The notes below the pieces were generated by a model. The model was not told where the DNA came from and ran no database searches. It saw nothing but the letters and a program-made list of their open reading frames with translations. A program made the position numbers and the translations under genes. Shown piece by piece: positions 1 to 8,495 of a stretch of 64,000 bases of DNA (its first letter is position 1; every line of letters begins with the position of its first letter). Source of the stretch: Rhodobiaceae bacterium. Its GTDB lineage: Bacteria; Pseudomonadota; Alphaproteobacteria; Rhizobiales; Aestuariivirgaceae. Location: positions 948-64,947 of the forward strand of contig JANNXN010000028.1 in assembly GCA_031409595.1 (NCBI GenBank), read 5' to 3'.

Positions 1-761
1 AAAGGGTTCATGATGGCGCTCGTCATGCCGTGGGATGCCGCCATGGCGAGGAAATAACCCGTCAGCGCCCGGCGGTTCGGCATGCCGAAGGACACATTCG
101 ATGCACCGCATGTAGTGTTCACCTTCAATTCTTCGCGCAAGCGGCGAACGAGGCGGAACACCTGCTGACCGGCCGTTCCCATGGCGCCAATCGGCATCAC
201 CAGAGGGTCCACCACAATGTCATGCGGCTTGATTCCGAAATCCGCCGCGCGTTCGACGATTTTTTTGGCCACCAAAAAACGCACGTCCGGATCTTCCGAA
301 ATGCCCGTCTCGTCATTCGAGATGGCGACGACGGGCACATTGTATTTGGCAATGAGCGGCAAAATGGCTTCGAGCTTTTCCTCTTCGCCAGTTACGGAAT
401 TGACAAGGGGCCGACCCTTGGCAGTTTCAAGCCCAACTTTCAAAGCCGATGTCACCGATGAGTCAATGCAGAGCGGCAGATCAACCAGCGACTGTACGAT
501 CTCGAGCGTCTGGCGCATCAGCGGCGGTTCAGTCTCGTTGGGGTTCACAGCGGTGACGCCGGCATTGATGTCGAGAATATGGGCACCCGCCGCCACCTGC
601 GCCAAGGCATCCTTGATCACGGTTTCAAAATTTCCAGCCTGCATTTCGGCGGCAAGCTTCTTGCGGCCAGTCGGGTTGATGCGCTCGCCGATCACCGTGA
701 ACGGGCGGTCAAAGCCGATGATATGGGTGCGTGTGGCTGAGGATATGATGGTGTGCGTCAT
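1..761 (-). CDS. Pterin-binding methyltetrahydrofolate methyltransferase (MetH-domain / MtrH / AcsE-like), partial; the C-terminus lies left of the window
   Basis: Absent from the ORF track because it runs off the edge. My minus-strand translation from ATG 761 reads MTHTIISSATRTHIIGFDRPFTVIGERINPTGRKKLAAEMQAGNFETVIKDALAQVAAGAHILDINAGV... VIGERINPTG and LDINAG are hallmark pterin-binding-domain motifs. The + strand ORFs 30..461 and 181..768 are its antisense shadows. Confidence 0.7.
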   Translation of the reverse strand, partial: MTHTIISSATRTHIIGFDRPFTVIGERINPTGRKKLAAEMQAGNFETVIKDALAQVAAGAHILDINAGVTAVNPNETEPPLMRQTLEIVQSLVDLPLCIDSSVTSALKVGLETAKGRPLVNSVTGEEEKLEAILPLIAKYNVPVVAISNDETGISEDPDVRFLVAKKIVERAADFGIKPHDIVVDPLVMPIGAMGTAGQQVFRLVRRLREELKVNTTCGASNVSFGMPNRRALTGYFLAMAASHGMTSAIMNP

Positions 762-1111
762 GACGTAAGTTTGCCTCCATTGGCAATCAGGGTTTTGAGC
801 CGCTCTTTATCATAAGCGGATTCGATTTCAGATTTGGCTTTTTCAACTTCGGTAACCAGGTCATCGCTCACCAGGATGGGATCAGCGCGCCGCCAATCAG
901 CGAGGTAAGCGTCCGTATCCGTTGCCCCACCCCGCATGGCCGCCATGTCGATAGCCTCCATAAAGCGGTTGTCCAGCATGCGTTTTTCTTCCTTGCGGCC
1001 AAGTTTTACAGCCACTTGCGAAGGAATATCGCGCCAATAGGTGATGATGAGATTAGCCATGGACAGCCTTATGCACGGGTTCGAAACCGGCATGTAGCCC
1101 AAAAACGACAC
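758..1111 (-). CDS. Small conserved hypothetical protein, translationally coupled to the downstream methyltransferase
   Basis: 117-aa ORF. Its TGA stop (758-760) overlaps the ATG (759-761) of the next gene (ATGA). An internal start at 1060 (MANLIITYWRDIPSQV..., preceded by AAGG) is equally plausible. I cannot name a diagnostic motif with certainty. Confidence 0.5.
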   Translation of the reverse strand: MSFLGYMPVSNPCIRLSMANLIITYWRDIPSQVAVKLGRKEEKRMLDNRFMEAIDMAAMRGGATDTDAYLADWRRADPILVSDDLVTEVEKAKSEIESAYDKERLKTLIANGGKLTS

Positions 1112-2323
1112 CTAGCCAATAGCGCCCGAAATCTTCAGATTGGCAATCTGAATTTCAGTCAAACCAAGCACATCAGCCAGCACCCGCTCCGTCCCATCCC
1201 CCAGTTTCGGCGGTGCTCTTTCGTATTCCACAGGGGTTTCCGAAAAGCGGATGGGGTTGGCGACGCCTGGTATTTGCACTCCGTCGCCCCGCGTGAGGCC
1301 GATTTGCAGGCCCCTGGCCAGAACCTGGGGGTCTTCGAACATCTGGGCGATGGTGTTGATGGGGCCGCAAGGGACTGCTGCGGCTTCAAAGGCTTCAACC
1401 CACCGGCTGGTGGTGCGGGTTTTCATGGGGCGCTTGAGAAGTGTTTCAAGTTGTGCGCGGTTTTCGACGCGGGCCCGATTGGTTTTGAAGCGTTCGTCAC
1501 CCGCAAGTTCCGGCACGCCGATGATGGTGCAGAATTCGGTGAACTGCCGGTCATTGCCAACCGCCATGATGATGTGGCCATCGACGGTTTCAAAAGTCTG
1601 ATAGGGCACAATATTGGGATGCGCGTTGCCAAGTCGGCCCGGAACCTTGCCACCGACAAGATAATTCGAGGCTTGGTTGGCGAGAACTGCAACTTGTGAA
1701 TCTAGCAATGCCAAATCAAGAAACTGCCCAACGCCCGTGCGCTCGCGGTGGAAGAGGGCGGCGGTTATGCCTATCACCGCATGAAGGCCCGTGAATATAT
1801 CGGCATAGGCCACACCGCTTTTCATGGGCGGGCCATCTGGCTCGCCCGTGATCGACATAGAACCTGCCATGCCCTGGATCATGAAATCATAGCCAGCGCG
1901 GCTGGCGTAAGGTCCATCCTGGCCAAAGCCCGTGATGGAGCAATAGATGAGCTTGGGGTTCACGGTTTTCAGGCTCGCGTAGTCCAGACTGTATTTCTTC
2001 AGGCCGCCAACCTTGAAATTTTCGATCACCACGTCAGATTTGACTGCCAGATCGCGGATGAGTTTCTGTCCCCCGGGAGAAGCCATATCTAAGCACACGG
2101 AGGTTTTGCCGCGATTGGCGGAAAGGAAATAGGCTGCGTCGCCTTCGCTGCCATCGCCATTCTTGATAAATGGCGGCCCCCAGCCACGCGTATCATCGCC
2201 TTCGCCGGGTTTTTCGATTTTGATCACTTCGGCGCCGAAATCCGCCAGCATTTGCGTGGCCCAGGGCCCGGCCAACACCCGCGTAAGGTCCAAAACACGA
2301 ATATTTGACAATGGTCCGGCCAT
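1112..2323 (-). CDS. Family III CoA-transferase (CaiB/BaiF family)
   Basis: 403-aa ORF. The N-terminus MAGPLSNIRVLDLTRVLAGPWATQMLADFGAEVIKIEKPGEGDDTRGWGPP is the canonical opening of CaiB/BaiF-type CoA-transferases. The length is typical. Confidence 0.85.
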   Translation of the reverse strand: MAGPLSNIRVLDLTRVLAGPWATQMLADFGAEVIKIEKPGEGDDTRGWGPPFIKNGDGSEGDAAYFLSANRGKTSVCLDMASPGGQKLIRDLAVKSDVVIENFKVGGLKKYSLDYASLKTVNPKLIYCSITGFGQDGPYASRAGYDFMIQGMAGSMSITGEPDGPPMKSGVAYADIFTGLHAVIGITAALFHRERTGVGQFLDLALLDSQVAVLANQASNYLVGGKVPGRLGNAHPNIVPYQTFETVDGHIIMAVGNDRQFTEFCTIIGVPELAGDERFKTNRARVENRAQLETLLKRPMKTRTTSRWVEAFEAAAVPCGPINTIAQMFEDPQVLARGLQIGLTRGDGVQIPGVANPIRFSETPVEYERAPPKLGDGTERVLADVLGLTEIQIANLKISGAIG

Positions 2324-2538
2324 GCGAAACTCTCCTGATATTTCGCCAGTCCTACACCACTTGCAAGCATGGAGCCAACAGCAACAAGCTAACCGGACCA
2401 GCCAACAAGGCCTTGCCAGAATGTCGCGCCATTGTCATACTAGGTTGAAATTAGATAAGAGCCAGCCTTACTGGCCGATAAAAAATTTCGAGGAAATTAC
2501 AGGGGCATTCCGCCCCTAGTGCCAGAGGAAAGTCAAAC

Positions 2539-3696
2539 ATGAAAAAACTTACACCTACACAGGAAACCATGCGTTCGGCCATGATCTCGCGCCGTTCACT
2601 CCTCAAAGCCAGCGCCGCCCTGGGCGCCGTCGGTTTCGCCAGCCCGATCTACGTAAAGAACGCTTTCTCATCTTCGGGCGAGCTGAATTACATGGGCTGG
2701 GCCGGTTATGACTACAAGCCTTTCATTGAGCCGTTCACCGCGAAGACCGGCATCAAGGTGAACTTCACCGAACAGCCAGACAACGACACAATTTTTGCCC
2801 AAGCCAAGCTTTCTCTGCAGACTGGCGCATTCGACGTGATTGAGCCCACGGTTGATCGCACCCAGTCGTATGTCGAGAACGGACTTGTGCAGCCATGGGA
2901 TACAGCCAAGGTTGCTCTGGACAATTACCTTCCGGGCATGGCCGATGGTCTGGCCGGTGAGATGGCGCAGATCGATGGCAAGCGTTACTTCTTGCCGGGC
3001 GTTTGGGGCACCGAAGCCCTTGTTTACCACAAGGAGCTGTTCCCGCTTGAGTATGGCAAGGCCAGCTTGGCCGATCTATGGGGTCCAAACCTTGAAGGCA
3101 AGGTCACGGTTCGCGCTCACTCGGCACTCGCTGCCCTTGGCCGCGTGCTGGATGCCGAAGGCAAACTGCCGAAGCCATTCATGGAAGGCTACAAGAACGA
3201 CGACGCCATGAAGGAAATCTGGGATGTTATCCTGGTTGAAGCTGTGAAGCACAAGGGCAACATCGTCCAGTTCTGGAAGGGCGAAAACGAAGCCCAGGCT
3301 GCGTTCCGCACCAATGGCGCCGTGCTTGGCCATTGCTGGGATTCGACAGGTTACAATATGGGCAAGGAAGGCCCCTATGGCTACATTGCACCCAAGGAAG
3401 GCGCTTTTGCGTGGAACCAGGGCTACATGCTCATGGTCAACGCCAAGAACACCGAGCAGGGCCTCGCCTGGGCGAATTTCGTTCTCACCCCTGAAGGCGC
3501 TGCTGCGATGGCGAAGGTCTATTCAGCAAATCCAGTTGCCAAGGGCAGTGTCGAGCTGCTGGACCCGGCAGTGGCAACTTTCTATGCCAACGCCTTCCCA
3601 GGTGATGCTTCTTCGAAACTGTGGTGGTGGCCCGTTCAGACCAGCTCATTCTTGAAGCTGCGTGCTGAATACGCGGACAAGTTCATCGCAGCATAA
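2539..3696 (+). CDS. ABC transporter periplasmic substrate-binding protein, PotD/PotF/PhnS family, with a Tat-type signal
   Basis: 385-aa ORF with RBS AGAGGAAAG upstream. It has a twin-arginine signal (ISRRSLLKASAALGAVGFA). It is followed by ATPase and two permease genes in PotD-family transporter order. Confidence 0.85.
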   Translation: MKKLTPTQETMRSAMISRRSLLKASAALGAVGFASPIYVKNAFSSSGELNYMGWAGYDYKPFIEPFTAKTGIKVNFTEQPDNDTIFAQAKLSLQTGAFDVIEPTVDRTQSYVENGLVQPWDTAKVALDNYLPGMADGLAGEMAQIDGKRYFLPGVWGTEALVYHKELFPLEYGKASLADLWGPNLEGKVTVRAHSALAALGRVLDAEGKLPKPFMEGYKNDDAMKEIWDVILVEAVKHKGNIVQFWKGENEAQAAFRTNGAVLGHCWDSTGYNMGKEGPYGYIAPKEGAFAWNQGYMLMVNAKNTEQGLAWANFVLTPEGAAAMAKVYSANPVAKGSVELLDPAVATFYANAFPGDASSKLWWWPVQTSSFLKLRAEYADKFIAA

Positions 3697-3710
3697 TCAC
3701 GCTACGCGAG

Positions 3711-3743
3711 AAACGACGGGTGACTGGCGCCCGTCGTTTTTTT
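3711..3743 (+). terminator. Rho-independent terminator/attenuator between the binding-protein and ATPase genes
   Basis: AAACGACGGG (3711-3720), 9-nt loop, CCCGTCGTTT (3730-3739), running into a 7-T tract (3737-3743). Confidence 0.6.
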
Positions 3744-3785
3744 GTTACATAGTCGGTCATCAGCTAAGGGTGGGTAGCGGGGAAG

Positions 3786-4880
3786 ATGAGCGAAGACGTC
3801 GAACTATCAAAAGTTTCCATGGATTTTGGCGCCTTTCGGGCCGTCAACAGGGTTGACGTAACGATCAAGGCTGGCGAGTTCTTTTCATTTCTGGGGCCGT
3901 CGGGGTGTGGGAAAACTACCATTCTCCGCCTGATTTCAGGCTTCATGGATCCAACCGAAGGCGCCGTAAAAATTGGTGGCGTCGACATGATGGGCATAAG
4001 GCCCAACGCGCGGCCAACGGCCCTCATATTTCAGAACCTTGCGCTTTTTCCATTGATGCCTGTCTGGGAGAATATCTCCTTTGGCCTTGAAGTTCGGGGT
4101 GTCGACAAAGCAACGCGACGCGCCAAGGCCGAAGAACTTCTGAACTTGGTTGAACTCTATGACTCCGCTGACAAAAAAATAAGTCAGCTCAGCGGCGGCC
4201 AGAAACAACGGGTGGCGATTGCCCGCGCACTGGCGGTCGAGCCGAAAGTGATGCTTCTGGATGAACCGCTGTCAGCGCTCGACTTGAAACTCCGGCAACA
4301 TATGCGAGCTGAACTGCGCGCCATCCAGAAGCGCACCGGCGTCACTTTCATTTATATCACCCACGATCAGGGCGAGGCCCTGGCCATGTCGGACCGTGTC
4401 GGCGTCATGTCGCAGGGCATTCTCCAGCAGGTTGGAACGCCGATGGAGATTTACAACAATCCTGCCAATGGATTTGTGGCCTCGTTCGTTGGCGAGAACA
4501 ATATATTCGAAGGCACGGTAAAATCAGCCAAGGATGGTGTGGCGAGTTTTGAAACCGCGCATGGCAAATTCGAAACCAAACTTGGAAAAGGTGTTGCAGT
4601 AGGCGCCAAATCCAAGATTTATGTGCGCCCCGAGCACACGACATTGCAGAAATCGGCACCCGCCAAGGCCAACAGCATTCCAGTGGAAGTGGGCGATGTC
4701 GCGTTTGAGGGCAATTTTGTCAACATTTTCGTGCGCGACAAGCTGGGCAGCACCCACATGATCCAGACGCATAATGACCCCAACATAGCGCTCCCCAAGA
4801 ATGGCTCAAAGTTGCACATGGTGTTTTCAGCAGAGCACGCGGTTGTTTTGGCCGCTGCTGCAACCTCAAGCCAGAGCTAG
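3786..4880 (+). CDS. ABC transporter ATP-binding protein (PotA/PhnT-like)
   Basis: Walker A GPSGCGKTT, signature LSGGQKQR, Walker B MLLDEPLSALD, plus a C-terminal TOBE-like extension. 364 aa. Confidence 0.9.
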   Translation: MSEDVELSKVSMDFGAFRAVNRVDVTIKAGEFFSFLGPSGCGKTTILRLISGFMDPTEGAVKIGGVDMMGIRPNARPTALIFQNLALFPLMPVWENISFGLEVRGVDKATRRAKAEELLNLVELYDSADKKISQLSGGQKQRVAIARALAVEPKVMLLDEPLSALDLKLRQHMRAELRAIQKRTGVTFIYITHDQGEALAMSDRVGVMSQGILQQVGTPMEIYNNPANGFVASFVGENNIFEGTVKSAKDGVASFETAHGKFETKLGKGVAVGAKSKIYVRPEHTTLQKSAPAKANSIPVEVGDVAFEGNFVNIFVRDKLGSTHMIQTHNDPNIALPKNGSKLHMVFSAEHAVVLAAAATSSQS

Positions 4881-4883
4881 GTC

Positions 4884-5768
4884 ATGAGTGAACTTTACCG
4901 CAGATACGGCAAGGTGCTCACGCTGATTATGATCCTGTTGACGGCTTTCTGGCTGTTGGCTCTGGTAATCATACCCAACATCGTGTTGTTCGAATTTTCT
5001 TTCAAACCTTACCTGCCGGTTGATCAGCTGGGCGGACCGCTCGATTTCTATTCACTGAAAAACTACGAAACATTTGTGTACAGTCCCATCCACATCAGAA
5101 TATTTTTTCAAACAGTTCTGTACAGCAGCATTGTCACTTTGCTGTGCCTGATGATGAGTTATCCGGTCGCATTTTATCTGGCAAAGGTCATCCGCGTTGA
5201 AAATGCGCCGACAATTTTCCTCATGCTGCTCATTCCCCTTTGGGTGAGTGAAATCCTGCGGTCGTTTGCATGGTTCATCATCCTGTCTTTCCAGGGTCCC
5301 TTGAACGCCCTGCTGCTGGGCATTGGCATCATCGGCAAGCCTATCCGCTGGATATCAGGATTTAATGGCGTGATGGTGGGCCTGATTTACTCCTACGTTC
5401 TGTTCATGCTGTTTCCGGTTTACAACGCGATTTCATCGTTGGACTCCAACCAGATAGAGGCCTCCGAGGACCTCGGCGCGCCGCTTTGGCGCACGCACTG
5501 GCGCGTTGTCATTCCCCACGCAAAACCCGGCATCGCTTCGGGCTGCGTGATGGTATTCATGCTGTGCGCAGGCTCGGTGATCGTGCCCAGCACATTGGCT
5601 GCGCCCAATTCGCGCTGGTTCACGGAAATTATCCAGCAGTGGATGTTTGAGGGTCTGGATTGGAACGTGGGCTCGGCCTATGCATTCCTGCTACTGGTGC
5701 TTTGCATCCTGTTCGTCAGCATTGTCATGCGCGTGCTGAACGTGCGCCTCGTGGATATTGCGAAGTGA
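4884..5768 (+). CDS. ABC transporter permease (PotB/PhnU-like)
   Basis: 294-aa multi-TM ORF starting 3 nt after the ATPase stop. It has a binding-protein-dependent permease EAA-like loop (IEASEDLGAPLWRTHWRVVIP). Confidence 0.85.
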   Translation: MSELYRRYGKVLTLIMILLTAFWLLALVIIPNIVLFEFSFKPYLPVDQLGGPLDFYSLKNYETFVYSPIHIRIFFQTVLYSSIVTLLCLMMSYPVAFYLAKVIRVENAPTIFLMLLIPLWVSEILRSFAWFIILSFQGPLNALLLGIGIIGKPIRWISGFNGVMVGLIYSYVLFMLFPVYNAISSLDSNQIEASEDLGAPLWRTHWRVVIPHAKPGIASGCVMVFMLCAGSVIVPSTLAAPNSRWFTEIIQQWMFEGLDWNVGSAYAFLLLVLCILFVSIVMRVLNVRLVDIAK

Positions 5769-5775
5769 GGGCGTT

Positions 5776-6600
5776 ATGACTTCCAAAGCATTCGGCGCAT
5801 TCCTTATCCGAGCGTATCTTTTCATTTTTCTGGCATTCATGCTGCTGCCGCTGGTCATCATGGGCGGCGCTGCGTTCAATGACACAAGATTCCCATCGAT
5901 CTATCCTTGGATGGGGTTGACGGATCGCTGGTTTATCGACCTCTGGACCGATGAGCGCATGTGGGGATCAGCGCGCAATACGATACTTGTTGGCCTGGCC
6001 GTTGTCGGAATTTCGGTTCCCATTGGCACAGCTGCGGCAATTCTTATCAACAGCGTGCAGGCCAGAACCCGCTCGTTTCTCTATGGTTTCATGGTAGCGC
6101 CCATTCTGACGCCGGGCGCCGTTATCGGCATTTCAACGCTTCTGTTCTGGAACGAATTCAGTGTGCCTGCGGGCCTTCATCTTTCCATTCTCGGTCAGGT
6201 TTCCTTCATCGCCGCCTATGTCATGCTGCTTGTGCTGGCGAGATTGCAAAGCTTCGACTTCGGGCTTGAGGAAGCAGCCATGGATCTGGGCGCTTCCCAT
6301 GCGCAAGTGATGCGCCGCATTCTCATTCCCCATCTTTATCCGGCCATTGGGGCAGGGGCCTTGATCGCTTTTTTCCAATCCGCCGAGAATTTCAACGTGA
6401 CGCTGTTTACGCGCGGCAATTCCGATACGCTGACTGTTTATGTGGGCTCAAAAATACGTTCCGGCATCACGCCAACCATCAATGCGCTCGCGCTTATCCT
6501 GATTCTGGTCACTATCGTCGCGGCCATCGCATATGAAATCATGCGCCGCCGCGAACAAATGCGCCAAATGGCGCTTGATGCCGCCGCCACGCGGCAATGA
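5776..6600 (+). CDS. ABC transporter permease (PotC/PhnV-like)
   Basis: The track ORF starts at TTG 5758. ATG 5776 (MTSKAFGAF...) has GAGGG 7 nt upstream and avoids overlap with the upstream permease. EAA-like loop EEAAMDLGASHAQVMRRILIP. Confidence 0.85.
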   Translation: MTSKAFGAFLIRAYLFIFLAFMLLPLVIMGGAAFNDTRFPSIYPWMGLTDRWFIDLWTDERMWGSARNTILVGLAVVGISVPIGTAAAILINSVQARTRSFLYGFMVAPILTPGAVIGISTLLFWNEFSVPAGLHLSILGQVSFIAAYVMLLVLARLQSFDFGLEEAAMDLGASHAQVMRRILIPHLYPAIGAGALIAFFQSAENFNVTLFTRGNSDTLTVYVGSKIRSGITPTINALALILILVTIVAAIAYEIMRRREQMRQMALDAAATRQ

Positions 6601-7697
6601 AAATCAAAACCCTCGAAACCTTCTGCACGCCCTTCGTTGGATTTGTGCGCGCAACTGCCGATGATGGATCCCACGGCTGGGGCCAGGTTTCAACCTACAA
6701 CGCCGACATCACCTGCGACATTTTCCATCGCCAAGTTGCGCGCTGGAGCCTGGGCGCTGATGCGCTCGACATTGAGGCGCTGGTGACATTAATCCCCGAG
6801 CGCGAACACAAGTTCCCCGGTTCCTATCTCATGCGCGCCATAACCGGGCTGGATACGGCATTATGGGACATGCGCGGCAAGATTGAAGGCAAAAGTGTTT
6901 GCGAATTGCTGGGAGGAAAGCCACGCCCATTTCCGGCCTATGCCTCCAGCATGAAGCGCGGTGAAATTACGCCAGAAGATGAAGCTGTCCGCCTCAAACG
7001 CCTTCAAGACACGCATGGCTACAAGGCCTTCAAGTTCCGTGTGGGCAAAGAATGCGGGCACGACGAGGACGAATGGCCGGGGCGCACCGAAAAGATTGTG
7101 CCGGCGGTGCGCAAAGCCCTCGGCGATGAGGCCATATTGCTGGTTGACGCCAACAGCGGTTACACGCCCAGGAAAGCCATCGAAGTTGGCCGCATGCTTG
7201 AGCAAAATGGCGTGGCCCATTTTGAAGAGCCATGCCCCTATTGGGAATACGACTGGACCAAAGAAGTCACCGATACGCTGTCGCTCGACGTGACTGGCGG
7301 CGAACAGGATTGCGATTTGGCGCTGTGGAAATTCGCCATGGCAATGCGCGCCGTCGATGTGGCCCAACCCGACATCTGCTATCTCGGCGGCATCTGCCGC
7401 ACATTGAAAGTGGTTGAGATGGCAAGGCAAGCCCGCCTGCCGATAACGCCCCATGCGGCCAATCTCTCAATGGTAACAGTTTTCACGCTGCATCTCCTGG
7501 GCGCGATCCCCAACGCCGGCCCCTATCTCGAATTTTCCATCGAAGGCGAAGACTATTACCCATGGCAGAAAGGGTTATTCCTGCAGGACATCTTGGCCAA
7601 AGACGGTCACGTCCAAATCCCCGAAGGGCCGGGATGGGGGATCGACATCAATCCGAAGTGGTTGGACGCCGCGAAGTATCAGAAGTCAGAGCTGTAG
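6597..7697 (+). CDS. Enolase-superfamily enzyme (mandelate racemase / muconate lactonizing family; acid-sugar dehydratase-like or epimerase-like)
   Basis: 366 aa. Metal-ligand pattern LVDANSG ... HFEEP ... TGGEQ, and a late His (ITPHAAN) after DVAQPD. Its ATG overlaps the permease TGA (ATGA at 6597-6600). Confidence 0.85.
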   Translation: MKIKTLETFCTPFVGFVRATADDGSHGWGQVSTYNADITCDIFHRQVARWSLGADALDIEALVTLIPEREHKFPGSYLMRAITGLDTALWDMRGKIEGKSVCELLGGKPRPFPAYASSMKRGEITPEDEAVRLKRLQDTHGYKAFKFRVGKECGHDEDEWPGRTEKIVPAVRKALGDEAILLVDANSGYTPRKAIEVGRMLEQNGVAHFEEPCPYWEYDWTKEVTDTLSLDVTGGEQDCDLALWKFAMAMRAVDVAQPDICYLGGICRTLKVVEMARQARLPITPHAANLSMVTVFTLHLLGAIPNAGPYLEFSIEGEDYYPWQKGLFLQDILAKDGHVQIPEGPGWGIDINPKWLDAAKYQKSEL

Positions 7698-7709
7698 CTT
7701 GCGGGGCCC

Positions 7710-8495
7710 TCAGCCCCAATTCCCCCGTTCGGCATCTTGCGGCATCTGGGCCGGCTGCCGATGCATGAACGCATCTGAATGCACTGTTATCTGCCCGCCA
7801 TTCAAATGCACAATCGAATACATCGGCGGCTCGTCACTATAGACAGTGGACACTGATCCCCCCACCAATGGCAGCTGGTGATTAAGGCTAGGAAGTGCGG
7901 AGAAAGAAATCCCCCGCCACTGTCCGGAAATCATGCGGTGCGCATGGCCGAAAAACAGGTGGCGCACATTGTATCCGGCAAGCAAGTCGCCAAAGCCTTC
8001 GCCATCTTCCAGTTTGATGGCGTCCATCAACACATGATGAATATCAAAAGGCGGATGGTGCATGAAAATGAGGACAGGCCTATCACCAGCTTCAGCCAGC
8101 TGCGCCCTCAACCATTCACGCCGTGGCTCATCATAGCGGCCAGCGGAAGAGGGGCCAACTTTGAGCGTGTCCAAAAACAAGAAACAATAGTCGTCCCGGA
8201 CAAAACGCCCCTGCGTAACGCCGCCAAATACTTTTAGATAATTCGCACGGTCATCGTGATTGCCGAGCATCAGGTGCGTAGGGATGGAAAATTTTGTCAG
8301 CCGCTCCTTCAAGGCTACATAGGCCGCGATGTCTCCCAGATCAGTCAGGTCACCCGAAATTGCGCAGAAGGCCGCATCTCCGTGATTGCGTTCAATATCT
8401 CCGAGGCAAATGTCGAAGCGCTCAAACGGATCAAGTCCCCAGAGCTTTTCAGGCGGAGGCAAGAGATGAAGGTCAGTAAGATGGATAAATTTCAT
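7710..8495 (-). CDS. Calcineurin-like metallophosphoesterase (CpdA/GpdQ-like phosphodiesterase)
   Basis: All five metallophosphoesterase motifs are visible: LTDLHL, ISGDLTD, LGNHDD, FMHHPP, FFGHAH. Its ATG overlaps the upstream gene's TGA (ATGA at 8492-8495). Confidence 0.8.
   Translation of the reverse strand: MKFIHLTDLHLLPPPEKLWGLDPFERFDICLGDIERNHGDAAFCAISGDLTDLGDIAAYVALKERLTKFSIPTHLMLGNHDDRANYLKVFGGVTQGRFVRDDYCFLFLDTLKVGPSSAGRYDEPRREWLRAQLAEAGDRPVLIFMHHPPFDIHHVLMDAIKLEDGEGFGDLLAGYNVRHLFFGHAHRMISGQWRGISFSALPSLNHQLPLVGGSVSTVYSDEPPMYSIVHLNGGQITVHSDAFMHRQPAQMPQDAERGNWG

Noticed and set aside
30-768. Two + strand ORFs (143 aa and 195 aa) at the left edge
   Set aside because: They are antisense to a clearly recognisable pterin-binding methyltransferase on the minus strand. 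Their Arg/His/Cys-rich, low-complexity translations have no motifs.
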